40,683 bases of DNA. Origin: Gemmatimonadota bacterium. GTDB lineage: Bacteria; Gemmatimonadota; Gemmatimonadetes; Gemmatimonadales; Gemmatimonadaceae. Within the stretch, counting starts at the first letter, position 1; every line of letters starts with the position of its first letter. The position numbers and the translations under genes were made by a program. The notes under the pieces are model-generated. The model was not told where the DNA came from. It did not search any database and was given only the letters and a program-made list of their open reading frames with translations. The stretch is taken from positions 1-40,683 of the forward strand of contig JAZJZK010000024.1 of NCBI GenBank assembly GCA_040389905.1, given 5' to 3'. Shown here one piece after another: positions 17,389 through 26,586 of the stretch.

Positions 17389-17419
17389 TCACATTGCGAG
17401 GCAAGATTGTCACGTTGTG
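17389..17419. promoter_or_regulatory. Conserved pilin-operon upstream motif, copy 1
   Basis: TCACATT-N9-GATTGTCACGTTGTG; the 15-mer is identical to 21816-21830. Confidence 0.65.
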
Positions 17420-17505
17420 TTATTTCGGAAGCGCGTCGTGATAGATAAACGTCAATACAGTATGGCCAAGTCTCATCCATGCGCGCGGCGCGCGACGACT
17501 GTGCC

Positions 17506-19545
17506 TCAAGGATCCGGCGTAAGCGACTTGAAATAGTTCGTATGGTTGAACCCTGCCGGATCGAGCTCCAGGTATCGGTTCTCCTGGAATCGACCGGTCG
17601 TTGGGAAATACGGCGGCGGGTTCACGACGGCGCAGTGATCGTATGAGTACCGCTTTGCGTAGCCCGTTCCGTCACTTCGCCCCACGGCGCCGCGCGATTT
17701 CTGGATGATGCCGCCCGAGAGATAGATGCAGCCGCGGCCGTTGTTGGTGCCGTCGCACCCATTCACATTTGTCGGTCCAGTGTCGTAGTCCTCGGCGCCG
17801 AATGCGTTGCCCAGCGCCATCATGACGGCGTGGATCGTCATGTCCGTGTCGTCATCGTTGGCATTCCACACCGAACTCGCAACCAGTTGCGGAGTGTTGA
17901 TCGCGTTGTCGGCAATGAGGATATCCTTGTCCGAAATGATCCCGAGAATGTCGCGGCAGACTCCTTTCACGGGATCGTTCGCGTAGCGAAGATCGTCGAG
18001 CAGAACAATGTCCCCCTTGGCGTAGAGAGTGATACGTCCGTTCAAGGTTCCGCTCACTCCAACGTTGCCATCGAAGTAGATGACGCCTTTGGCGTTGTTG
18101 TTGAAGAGGCGATCGATCGGATAGAGATATTTCGCGTCACTGCGCCCGGTAGCCGTAATCGTTGCGCCGGGGGTGTCGGTCCACTTTTTCCAGTTTCCGT
18201 TCGCACCGACGAACGTGAATGTCGTGTCCGTCCCACCTTTCTGGTCGGACAACGTTGGATACTTCAGACTCGTCGTTGGATCGATGTACGTTGAGGAGTT
18301 CGTCACCCGCTCGGTCGCCACCAGATGCGGATCGCCCGCCAGATAGCAGCGCGCGCTCGCATGCTGCATGATTGTCTTGAGGGATGCCGTCTGCTCGGCG
18401 TTCGCCGCGTTCGTCACTTGTGTATTCGTCCAACTTGGATTCTGATCGTCGATGCCCTGCTTGACCAGCGCGTTGAACCACGACGTGTTGTGGACACTGG
18501 CGGGAAAGAATGTCAACTGGGCGCTGCTCGCGGCGGCCGTCGTGGACGTTCGCGTCCAGTGCCAGTCGCCACAGAGGTCCACATTCGACAATGAGGGAGG
18601 GGGTCCACCCGTCGGCCAGTCTCCGCGCGCCATCGCATCCAGTCCGTTCTTCGCCTCGAAAATCCGGAAGAACCCTTCATCCAGATCGGTCGAATCTCCC
18701 GTAAAGGGCGAGTCGAGATCGACGGCCACGAACTCGATGCGGGTTCTCAGCTGCTTGGGGTTACTGGTCGCTCCGACGAAGCTGTCGAAATCCCAATTGC
18801 TCGACGCCGCAATCGTCTGGAGATTGCTCAGCACCGCGACGCTTGGGAGCGCGATCGCTTTCTGGTATTCCTTCTTGCCCTTCGAGAACGTGCCATAGCT
18901 CGCGCCCGCGACGAAGAACGCGGTCCCGACTTCATCATGGAACGTCGCTCCTCCCGACCCGATGCTGATCGTATCGTTCGACCACACCGGCCCCCAGAGC
19001 TCGTCGTTGTTGTTGAAGAAGATCGTCGTGGACGAGTTCGACTCGCTGTTGGACCAGTAGGCGAACTTCGCGAAGCTCTCCTGCGTGAGCTCGAGGCGGC
19101 GAATGAAACCGTTTCCGCGCGTGTCGCGCGCTTCTGCCACGATGCTCGAGAAACGTCCGAACTGTCCGCTCGTGGAACCCGTCGGGCCGACGTAGACGCT
19201 CACCTTGATGCCCGCCAGCGGCTGGTTGTCCGCGCCGGTCAGGATCGCCTGGTTGAGGATGATGGTGTCGAGCTGTCCCGCGGTGCGCATGACGAGGATC
19301 GATGGATCCGCATTCACGCGGCTCTTCCCGATCGCCAGTGCGGCCTCGGCGGCATAGCGCAGGTCGCGCTCGCGGTCATATGACTTCGCGAGAAGATTGG
19401 CGTTGGACGCCATGAAGATCGATCCCATCGCGAGTGCCGCCATCGCCATCACGAACACGAGGACGAAGACGAGGGCAACGCCACGGCGTTCGCGTGGCGA
19501 TGCGACGGATGACGACGGCTGGCCGGTTGAACTGATGATAGACAT
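17506..19545 (-). CDS. Large PilX-like minor pilin with extended C-terminal domain (putative tip adhesin)
   Basis: RERRG|VALVF without Glu5; 'YAAEAALA' motif; 679 aa; C-terminal 'GYAKRYSYD...PPYFP' (DUF4900-like); last gene of the operon. Confidence 0.8.
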   Translation of the reverse strand: MSIISSTGQPSSSVASPRERRGVALVFVLVFVMAMAALAMGSIFMASNANLLAKSYDRERDLRYAAEAALAIGKSRVNADPSILVMRTAGQLDTIILNQAILTGADNQPLAGIKVSVYVGPTGSTSGQFGRFSSIVAEARDTRGNGFIRRLELTQESFAKFAYWSNSESNSSTTIFFNNNDELWGPVWSNDTISIGSGGATFHDEVGTAFFVAGASYGTFSKGKKEYQKAIALPSVAVLSNLQTIAASSNWDFDSFVGATSNPKQLRTRIEFVAVDLDSPFTGDSTDLDEGFFRIFEAKNGLDAMARGDWPTGGPPPSLSNVDLCGDWHWTRTSTTAAASSAQLTFFPASVHNTSWFNALVKQGIDDQNPSWTNTQVTNAANAEQTASLKTIMQHASARCYLAGDPHLVATERVTNSSTYIDPTTSLKYPTLSDQKGGTDTTFTFVGANGNWKKWTDTPGATITATGRSDAKYLYPIDRLFNNNAKGVIYFDGNVGVSGTLNGRITLYAKGDIVLLDDLRYANDPVKGVCRDILGIISDKDILIADNAINTPQLVASSVWNANDDDTDMTIHAVMMALGNAFGAEDYDTGPTNVNGCDGTNNGRGCIYLSGGIIQKSRGAVGRSDGTGYAKRYSYDHCAVVNPPPYFPTTGRFQENRYLELDPAGFNHTNYFKSLTPDP

Positions 19546-19556
19546 TTCGAATCCCC

Positions 19557-20720
19557 CTATGGGGTAATGACGGTCACGGAGGCCGACGACGTCACGGCGG
19601 ACAGCAGCGGCGTGCAGTCCTGGGCCGCGACGCCGTAGACGTATGATTCGCCCCCAACGACCTTCGTGTCCTTGAACGTGTAGCTCGCCGCCTTCGACGC
19701 TGGGATACTGGAGATCGGATCGCCGAATGCCGCGGAGGCGGCCAGACGACGGAAGATGGCATAGCGCTCGATGTCCTTTTCACCGCCGGCATCGTCGACG
19801 GATGCGGTCCACGTCACGTTCACGAACTTCGGCGTGACGTTTGCCGCCGAGGAGACGCCGGTGGGGACGCCTCCCGAGTAGGGAGGCTGTCCGCATGATG
19901 ACCGGTCGACGAGGCCGGAGTTCATGATGCGGACGAGTGTTTCGACGGTGCGCAGCGCATCCACCCCCGTGCGTGGGTCACGGGTTGCCGTGATGAAGTG
20001 GAGACGAACGGCCCTGATGCTATCCGTCAGCGACTTCGAACCCGTGTCATTCTGCGCGCCATGAATCAGCACGTGAATGAGCGGCATCTGCGACTTGAGG
20101 ATGGGCTTGAGCCGATTCAGCGTATCCGTCTTGTAATACGTGAAGAACGGAATCGTATCGCGCGAGTCCTTGACGACGCCGCGTGCGATCATCGTGGGCG
20201 CGAGGGCGTTGACGCGACGGAACAGGAAGTAGTCCTGCGTGTTCGCGCTGGTGGTCGAATCGGGGCGCAGGTAGTAGCTGATCGTCTCGGCGCCACTCGC
20301 GGCGCCCGTGGCGGCAAAGTATGTGGTGTCCGGATAGAGCACGCTGGAATTCGGGAGCGCCGTGCGCTCTGACTTGAGCATGGCGCGCGTACCGTTGGTG
20401 TCGGCATCCTGGATCTGGTAGACCGCGCGGACATCGCCGGTGTCGATCGACACCATGTTGGCGTTGAACGTCATCGCCTCGGAGTCGACCTGCACCAGCA
20501 TGGGCTGGAAATCCGTCGTTCCCGCGCCTGCCTGCCGCAGTTCGCGGTCGATCTGCGACGTGGCGAACTGCGCATTCTGCATCGCGTCCATGCGCGACGT
20601 CTCGCGCGTGACGAGCCCCGTCTGCTTGCGGAAGAACTGCACCGCCGCGCCCATGATGACCATGAGCAGCATCAACGAGACCAGGATCTCCGCGATGGTG
20701 AAGGCTTTGCGCGCGCGCAT
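19557..20720 (-). CDS. PilW-like minor pilin with C-terminal fibronectin type III-like domain
   Basis: KA|FTIAE; 'IDRELRQAG' PilW motif; 'VNVTWT...YAIFRR...YTFKD...YVYGVAA' FN3 pattern. Confidence 0.82.
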   Translation of the reverse strand: MRARKAFTIAEILVSLMLLMVIMGAAVQFFRKQTGLVTRETSRMDAMQNAQFATSQIDRELRQAGAGTTDFQPMLVQVDSEAMTFNANMVSIDTGDVRAVYQIQDADTNGTRAMLKSERTALPNSSVLYPDTTYFAATGAASGAETISYYLRPDSTTSANTQDYFLFRRVNALAPTMIARGVVKDSRDTIPFFTYYKTDTLNRLKPILKSQMPLIHVLIHGAQNDTGSKSLTDSIRAVRLHFITATRDPRTGVDALRTVETLVRIMNSGLVDRSSCGQPPYSGGVPTGVSSAANVTPKFVNVTWTASVDDAGGEKDIERYAIFRRLAASAAFGDPISSIPASKAASYTFKDTKVVGGESYVYGVAAQDCTPLLSAVTSSASVTVITP

Positions 20721-21121
20721 CAGTAGGCCGCCATGGCCGTGGTCTTCACCACGGTCTTCTTCATCTGCGGGTGCGTGACCGTCACGGTGATGAACTTGTA
20801 ATCCACGGTGTCGGTGACTGCCCCACCGATGCGCGCGACTTGAGTCTTGCGCGTATACGTGGAGAAGTCCGCCTTGACGGTGTCTGTCTTCGCCAGGCTA
20901 TCAATCGCCGCGTAATTCGGTTGCTGCCGTGCTGCGTCGAGGCGCGACGCGGCGATTTCATTCGCCAGGACGATCAGGTGCGCCTGCCCCGTCGCCTGCG
21001 CGAACTTCGCCGTAAAACCGCCCAGCACGAGAATCACGCCCACGAGAATGAGCATCGCGACAATGACCTCGACGAGGGTCATGCCGCGGCGCAGCGTTCG
21101 GCTGCGCGGCAATGCGTTCAT
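20720..21121 (-). CDS. PilV-like minor pilin
   Basis: RRG|MTLVEVIVAM; ATG overlaps the upstream stop (ATGA); 133 aa. Confidence 0.85.
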   Translation of the reverse strand: MNALPRSRTLRRGMTLVEVIVAMLILVGVILVLGGFTAKFAQATGQAHLIVLANEIAASRLDAARQQPNYAAIDSLAKTDTVKADFSTYTRKTQVARIGGAVTDTVDYKFITVTVTHPQMKKTVVKTTAMAAY

Positions 21122-21711
21122 TGTACCACCTGCCAGACGGCCCCGGAGCCTGTGCCGGCCAACCGGTAGAGATCGGTTCGCCCCGTCGCCCGCGTCAGCG
21201 CGATGACGCGGTAGTCCGTGCGCGACTTGTACGAGCTCTGCACGTAGATCTCCGCGTTGCTGCTTGTCGAACCATCGCGGTGGAAGATCACGCTCGGCAG
21301 TCCGTCCACCGTCTTGAGGTTCGCGCCGATCACGGACGAGGTGATCGTCGGGGTGTTCAATCCCTTCGGCGCAGCCGCGAACTTGTTGCCTTCGCCGGTT
21401 GCCCTCCAGAACTTCCACTCCGAGATCTGAATCGCGCCGTCGTTGTTCACGTCCTCGGCGATGCGGAGGCCGAACTTCGTCGTGTCGACGCTCACGATCA
21501 CGTCGTACTGGCGCGTCAAGGAGGTGCGCTGTGCCGTCTGAAAGACCGAGCGCACCTGTTGCGCGGCGGCATCCGCGCGATATTGAGAGAGATTCAACTT
21601 GGGGATGGCCATTCGCATCACCACGGCCATCATCACGAGCACGATGACAATCTCGATCATCGAGAATCCGCCTCGGCGTCGCGACGTGCCTGAGCACTGT
21701 ATTCGATTCAT
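21118..21711 (-). CDS. FimT/FimU/GspH-like minor pilin
   Basis: GGAGG RBS, RRRGG|FSMIE, and 'VIFHRDG...ALTRATGR' GspH-like C-terminus. Confidence 0.85.
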   Translation of the reverse strand: MNRIQCSGTSRRRGGFSMIEIVIVLVMMAVVMRMAIPKLNLSQYRADAAAQQVRSVFQTAQRTSLTRQYDVIVSVDTTKFGLRIAEDVNNDGAIQISEWKFWRATGEGNKFAAAPKGLNTPTITSSVIGANLKTVDGLPSVIFHRDGSTSSNAEIYVQSSYKSRTDYRVIALTRATGRTDLYRLAGTGSGAVWQVVQ

Positions 21712-21796
21712 CCGTCCTCCCTGCGAACTGAGCGGCAACTAGGCGTGCCGCAACCCGGAGGGGCTGATTGGAGGGTATGGCTACCAATTACTGCAG

Positions 21797-21830
21797 TTGT
21801 CACATTCCACGCCTTGATTGTCACGTTGTG
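21797..21830. promoter_or_regulatory. Conserved pilin-operon upstream motif, copy 2
   Basis: TTGTCACATT-N9-GATTGTCACGTTGTG; TTGTCAC is directly repeated at 21 bp; lies in the divergent fimT/araC intergenic region. Confidence 0.65.
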
Positions 21831-21924
21831 CAGCGCATTACCTTGCCCGTAACGAGTCATCTACCGTAGGCTCCGTCGAGGAAGCACGGGAGCGATCACT
21901 GCTCTGCTTTTTCTCGAGGACTTG

Positions 21925-22752
21925 ATGGGTGTAATCGCGACGCTGTTGCCTCAACCATTGCATGTACAGCGACTCAGGGCCGCGCTTCGCGATCGCCACG
22001 AGCTCCGCGAGTGCACGGACTGGGCGTCCCTGGTTCGCACCTGCGATCGCGAACCTGTTCGCGTGGCCGTGCTCGACCTGTACTGGGAGCAAACCCCCAA
22101 TTTCGAGGGAGTGCGCCAGCTCAAGCAGCGGCTGCCACGCCTGACACTTGTGGCCTACGTCAACAATGCTCCCGAGCGAGCGCACGACCTGTTCGACGCC
22201 GGGAGGGCAGGCGTTGATGGTCTCGTGATTACGGGCCAGGACGATTCGCCCCGCCCGCTGCTTGCCCTGATCGAACGCGCCGAGTCGAAAAGTCTCGCCG
22301 GGCTCGTCCGTCGTTCACTCGACGGGATCGATCCCGTCGTTGCGGACGCAGCGTTGCTCGCCGTCACCCGCGCGCATGAGCGCCTTTCACCGCAGGCACT
22401 CGCCCGCCTACTCGCCCAACCCCGCCGCGCTGTCACCCAGCGACTGGCGGCCGAGGGCTTCCCCCCTCCACAGCGCCTCCTCACCTGGGGGCGACTGATT
22501 GTCGCCGCGCACATGCTAGAGGATCGGCACCGGAGCGCAGATCGTGTAGCGGGAACGTTGGATTTTCCGTCGGGCAGCGCGTTTCGGAACAGCTGCCAGC
22601 GGTATTTGCACGCCACTCCGGGGCAGATCCGCGCTCGGGGTGGGGCCGCCTATGTTGTCCGCGCCATGATGCGCCAGGTCCACGCCCGCGTAGCGAGCGC
22701 GAGTGAGCCCCGTGCCCGCTCTCCTGCCCGTGCACCCTCACTCGCCATTTGA
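21925..22752 (+). CDS. AraC-family transcriptional regulator with receiver-like N-terminal domain
   Basis: C-terminal double HTH ('LARLLAQPRRAVTQRL...RLIVAAHMLE...VAGTLDFPSGSAFRNSCQRYLHATP'); N-terminal (beta/alpha)5 pattern with 'VAVLD'. Confidence 0.8.
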   Translation: MGVIATLLPQPLHVQRLRAALRDRHELRECTDWASLVRTCDREPVRVAVLDLYWEQTPNFEGVRQLKQRLPRLTLVAYVNNAPERAHDLFDAGRAGVDGLVITGQDDSPRPLLALIERAESKSLAGLVRRSLDGIDPVVADAALLAVTRAHERLSPQALARLLAQPRRAVTQRLAAEGFPPPQRLLTWGRLIVAAHMLEDRHRSADRVAGTLDFPSGSAFRNSCQRYLHATPGQIRARGGAAYVVRAMMRQVHARVASASEPRARSPARAPSLAI

Positions 22753-22818
22753 TCGTCATCCCAACAACCGCGCTGTAGATTTCGAAGTCGAGATCGCCGC
22801 CACTTTCCCCGAAACGAC

Positions 22819-23364
22819 ATGAAAACGCTACACATCACCCGTCGCCTGCTTCTCGCTACACTCGCGCTTGGCAGCGTCATCGCCTGCCAAGGCGGCGACA
22901 TCGGCGCCCCCACGACACTCGCTCCCGCTACGGCGAGCCTCGACAAGGGCGTGTTCAGCGCACCGCAGGGCCAGGGCGTTCAAGGTAACGCCGCCCGCTG
23001 TTCGTCCACGAATGTCATCTCTGGCTCCGGCGTCTTCGGCCCCGCCGGCGGTACCCTTACCTTCGGTGATGCGCGGCTGATCATTCCCGGCGGCGCGCTA
23101 CGGGACACGGTCACCATCTCGGCGCAGGTCGTCGACCCACTCACATCGCACGTCGAGTTCAGCCCGCACGGCCTCCAGTTCGAAAAAGCGGCTGGCTTGG
23201 TGTATAGCCAAAGCTGTGTGCTCGACCCGAGCGGTGCACCGTCGGTCGTGTACCTCAGCGAAGACGGAAACATTCTCGAGACGATCCCTGCGACGTACGA
23301 CCCGCATTGGAAGACGTACGCTGCGGCGATCTGGCACTTCTCGGGATACGCTGTGGCGTTCTAG
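22819..23364 (+). CDS. Lipoprotein with ZU5-like domain
   Basis: Lipobox VIA|C; 'GPAGGTL...LIIPGGAL...VEFSPHGLQF' ZU5 pattern; ends 'HFSGYAVAF'. Confidence 0.75.
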   Translation: MKTLHITRRLLLATLALGSVIACQGGDIGAPTTLAPATASLDKGVFSAPQGQGVQGNAARCSSTNVISGSGVFGPAGGTLTFGDARLIIPGGALRDTVTISAQVVDPLTSHVEFSPHGLQFEKAAGLVYSQSCVLDPSGAPSVVYLSEDGNILETIPATYDPHWKTYAAAIWHFSGYAVAF

Positions 23365-23395
23365 TGCCCGCACCGAAGTCAGTGGCGGATACATT

Positions 23396-24427
23396 GTGAT
23401 CGGACCCGAGCAACTCGCGGCAGGCGAACGCGCGGAAGTCGCAGGCGATTTCATTGCCGCGGCGGCCGCGTACAGAGCCGTCGTCGGCGTCGCCGACGAA
23501 GTGCTCGCGGCAACGGCGCACTTCTGCCTCGGCAGAGTCTACTGGCGCCAGAGCCGATTCGATGCCTCCCTCGAGTCGTTCGAGAATGCGCTTGCACTCG
23601 CACGGCAGATCGGTGACACGGAGCTTCACGCGCGTGTGGAGAACGGAATGGGAGTCGTTCACTACGCGCGTGGCGACTATGCGGCCGCTCGGCGCGCGTA
23701 TGCGGCTGCCGCCGCGCGCACAGGCGATGACGTGATGCGCGGCAGGACCATCCTCAACCTCGGCATCATCGAAAATGTCGAGAACAACTACGTGGCGGCT
23801 CGCGAGCATTACGAAGAGGCCTATCGCCTGTTCCAGCGCAACGGCGACGGCCCGAGCGCGATGCTGGCCGTTCATAACCTCGGGATGGTGGAAGCCGATC
23901 TCGGCAATTGGGACGCGGCGAATGCTGCATTCATGGAGGCTCTGAGCCTGGCCACGGAGGCGGGAAATCGCGAAATGGTCGCGAAAACCCTCGTGAATCG
24001 TTCGGAGGTCCTTCTCGAAACGGGGGACAACGCGGCAGCGGTGGAGAACTGCGACCGCGCCCTTGGCATCTACGCCATCGTGGGGGATGAAGTGGGCCGC
24101 GGAGAGGCGCTACGCTGGCGAGCTCAGGCCCTCGGACGCTCAGGCGACCTCATGGAAGCAGAACGGAACGCCTCGGAGGCACTCCATATCGCCATGCGAG
24201 CAGGCGCGAAGCTTCTCGAAGCCGAGTCCTCGCGTGATGTCGGCGTTTTACGCGGCCTGCTCGGGGATCGCGCCGGTGGGATCAAGCAGCTTCGTCGGGC
24301 ACTCGTTCTCTTCACGGAACTGGGAGCCAAGCGCGAGGCCGTCGAGGTCGGTACACTTCTACAGCGCCCGACACCATCCCGCCCCGTGGCACCCATTTCG
24401 GACGTGGAATCAGGTCAGGCCTGCTGA
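23396..24427 (+). CDS. Tetratricopeptide repeat protein
   Basis: About eight 40-aa TPR/MalT-type repeats (xNLG...Y..A). GTG 23396 chosen to avoid overlap with the upstream gene. Confidence 0.85.
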   Translation: MIGPEQLAAGERAEVAGDFIAAAAAYRAVVGVADEVLAATAHFCLGRVYWRQSRFDASLESFENALALARQIGDTELHARVENGMGVVHYARGDYAAARRAYAAAAARTGDDVMRGRTILNLGIIENVENNYVAAREHYEEAYRLFQRNGDGPSAMLAVHNLGMVEADLGNWDAANAAFMEALSLATEAGNREMVAKTLVNRSEVLLETGDNAAAVENCDRALGIYAIVGDEVGRGEALRWRAQALGRSGDLMEAERNASEALHIAMRAGAKLLEAESSRDVGVLRGLLGDRAGGIKQLRRALVLFTELGAKREAVEVGTLLQRPTPSRPVAPISDVESGQAC

Positions 24428-24517
24428 CGCGCAGCATTCGAGTTGTGGCTGCGCGCGCTTGCTCGCGCCGACGGCTGACCCTACCTTGCCGCGCTCACAA
24501 CTCTCCAAGCAATCGAC

Positions 24518-25168
24518 ATGCTCCTCGTGGGCCTCACAGGCAACATCGGCAGCGGAAAATCCACCGTCGCGCAGCTCCTCAGCGAACGTGGCGCCACGAT
24601 CATCGACGCCGACATTCTCTCTCGCCGAGCGGTGGAGGCGGGCACGCCGGCATTCACCGCCATCGTCGAACGCTGGGGCACGTCCATGCTCCTTCCCGAC
24701 GGCAGTGGAATCGACCGGGCCGCGTTGCGGCGGGTCGTGTTCAGCGATGCGGCGGAGCTGGAGCAGCTCAATAGCATCGTCCATCCCGAAGTTGAACGAA
24801 TGCGTGCGGCTCTGGTGGATGAGGCACGTAAGCGAGGTGACCGTCTCGTTGTCTGCGACGTGCCGTTGTTATTCGAGCGGCGCATGACCGAGGATTTCGA
24901 CCGTATCGTGCTCGTCGACGCGCCCCGACCCGTACGCTTGGAGCGCCTCGTCCGCGAACGCGGTCTCCGGGAGACGGAAGCGATGGACATGATCGTGGCG
25001 CAGATGCCGGCGGAGCTCAAGCGCGCCCGTGCCGATCACATCATCGAGAACGACGGCACGCTCGCGTCGTTGAGCGATCGGGTTGCGGCGGTGTGGGAAG
25101 GCCTTCAGGATGAGGCGCAGGCGCGGCCGATCGAATCGCCCCAGCGTATATCCAATACGGTTCAGTAA
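24518..25168 (+). CDS. coaE: Dephospho-CoA kinase
   Basis: GLTGNIGSGKST, IIDAD, IDRAAL, IVHP, VPLLFE, ADHIIEN. Confidence 0.96.
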   Translation: MLLVGLTGNIGSGKSTVAQLLSERGATIIDADILSRRAVEAGTPAFTAIVERWGTSMLLPDGSGIDRAALRRVVFSDAAELEQLNSIVHPEVERMRAALVDEARKRGDRLVVCDVPLLFERRMTEDFDRIVLVDAPRPVRLERLVRERGLRETEAMDMIVAQMPAELKRARADHIIENDGTLASLSDRVAAVWEGLQDEAQARPIESPQRISNTVQ

Positions 25169-25176
25169 ATTAGGGC

Positions 25177-25266
25177 TGTCATCCCGAGCGAAGTCGAGGG
25201 ATCTGCACTTGCCACCTGCATATGAGGTGCAGACCCTTCGACTCGCATCGCTCGCTCAGGGTGACA
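25177..25266. repeat. REP-like paired palindrome (GTCATCCCGAGCGAAGTCGAGGGATCT type)
   Basis: TGTCATCCCGAGCGAAGTCGAGGGATCTGCAC...GTGCAGACCCTTCGACT...CGCTCAGGGTGACA forms inverted arms immediately after the coaE stop. Confidence 0.75.
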
Positions 25267-25333
25267 AACATAGCCATGCCCGCCTAGCGGAAGAGCGCTG
25301 ATGTTTACATCGGCGCTCGGCGATGAAAGGAGA

Positions 25334-25367
25334 AGGGCACACCGCGGCGCGGTGTGCCCTGGTTTTT
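25334..25367. terminator. Intrinsic, probably bidirectional, terminator
   Basis: AGGGCACACCGCG-G-CGCGGTGTGCCCT followed by GGTTTTT; lies between convergent coaE and pilX. Confidence 0.75.
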
Positions 25368-25401
25368 CCGTCAAGCGAGCCGCGAGGTGAGCGGGCTGCC
25401 C

Positions 25402-26586
25402 TTAGTACGTGGTGTAGTTGTCCATCCACGCATTCGGGAAGACGGAGAAGAAGCCGAGTCCCGAGGCCGCCTTGGCAACGTTGCACGAGTCGTACTGAAT
25501 GACCTTGCTGCCGTTGCCCACGTCGCTGACCGGCACCGTTTCGCCGAGCTTCACATTGAGTCCCGTGATCGTCGCGCCGTAAATATTGTTGGAACCGTTG
25601 GAGGTGAGCGTCCCGCCAGCCAGGACGATGCCGTCCCATTGGTCGCTCCCGTTCACGCGCGCGTCGCCGTCGATGATGAGCAGACCGAATCCGTCCGGGA
25701 TCACAAAGGTCGAGCCCGAGGTGTGTGTCGTGTAGTTGAAGTTCTTGACGTGAATGACGGGCCACATCGTTGCATCCGCGAGCGCGGCGGAGGGAATACT
25801 GCCTCCATCGGCAATACTGTAGCCGGGAGTCATCGAAGTTTCTGTCGTGATACCGGCCCAGTCGATCTTGACCTGTGGCGCCATCGCCGCCTGCGTTCCC
25901 ATTTCCAGTTTGACGGGGTTGCCGCTGACGTCACCGTGCGGGTCATCGAGCGTGCCATCGGGAAGTGCCACGCCGGCAATGATGTTGCTCGGGTTGCAGT
26001 GGTCCGTTCCCGACACCGTTGCCGATGCGCCATTCAGCAAAAGGCCGGTGAGGCTCGTCCATCCGGACAACACCTGAATGGTCTTCATGCTCCACTGGAC
26101 ATACTGTGCGACGATCCGCTCCCCGTAGACGCTCCGCGTTGCGCCATTGAAGGGCGCAACGGTGTCCACGCCCCGCGACCGAATGAGGTAGGCGGCCGGG
26201 CGCGTCGTGCCGAGTGCTTTCTGCACGCGCTTCGCCGTTACATCCGCGTACCCGCCCGGCAGGCTCACGCGAACGTATTCCGAGTCGACGTCTGGCACGC
26301 CGCCGCACACAAAGTTCGTCCCGCTCACGTAGCCGGTGCGCGCCGTGCAATGGTACGCGCGCCGAGAGATGTACTCTTCCAGCCCTGACTCTGCGAGCGC
26401 GAACGCGCGGCTCTCACTGCGTTGCGCGGAGTTGGTCGCGATTTCCGCAGACACCGAGGCGAACGCGGCCGCGAGCGTCGCCGTCAACGCGGCGATCACG
26501 AGGATGGTAAGAGGGAGTGCAAAGCCGGTGCGCCGTCGCGCGACCACAGCTATGCGTCTTAGGGCGTTCCTTCGTCGTGCGTTCAT
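25402..26586 (-). CDS. PilX/GspK-like minor pilin
   Basis: RRRTG|FALPL without Glu5; 'AFALAESGLE'; last gene of the second minor-pilin operon. Confidence 0.82.
   Translation of the reverse strand: MNARRRNALRRIAVVARRRTGFALPLTILVIAALTATLAAAFASVSAEIATNSAQRSESRAFALAESGLEEYISRRAYHCTARTGYVSGTNFVCGGVPDVDSEYVRVSLPGGYADVTAKRVQKALGTTRPAAYLIRSRGVDTVAPFNGATRSVYGERIVAQYVQWSMKTIQVLSGWTSLTGLLLNGASATVSGTDHCNPSNIIAGVALPDGTLDDPHGDVSGNPVKLEMGTQAAMAPQVKIDWAGITTETSMTPGYSIADGGSIPSAALADATMWPVIHVKNFNYTTHTSGSTFVIPDGFGLLIIDGDARVNGSDQWDGIVLAGGTLTSNGSNNIYGATITGLNVKLGETVPVSDVGNGSKVIQYDSCNVAKAASGLGFFSVFPNAWMDNYTTY

Noticed and set aside
21735..21750. Sigma-54 promoter-like GGCACG...TTGC on the minus strand upstream of fimT
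   Set aside because: GG-to-GC spacing is 11 nt rather than the strictly required 10.
16158..26586. Diversity-generating retroelement or shufflon acting on the pilX paralogues
   Set aside because: No reverse transcriptase, recombinase or inversion sites; differences include indels and are spread throughout, as expected for ordinary paralogue divergence.
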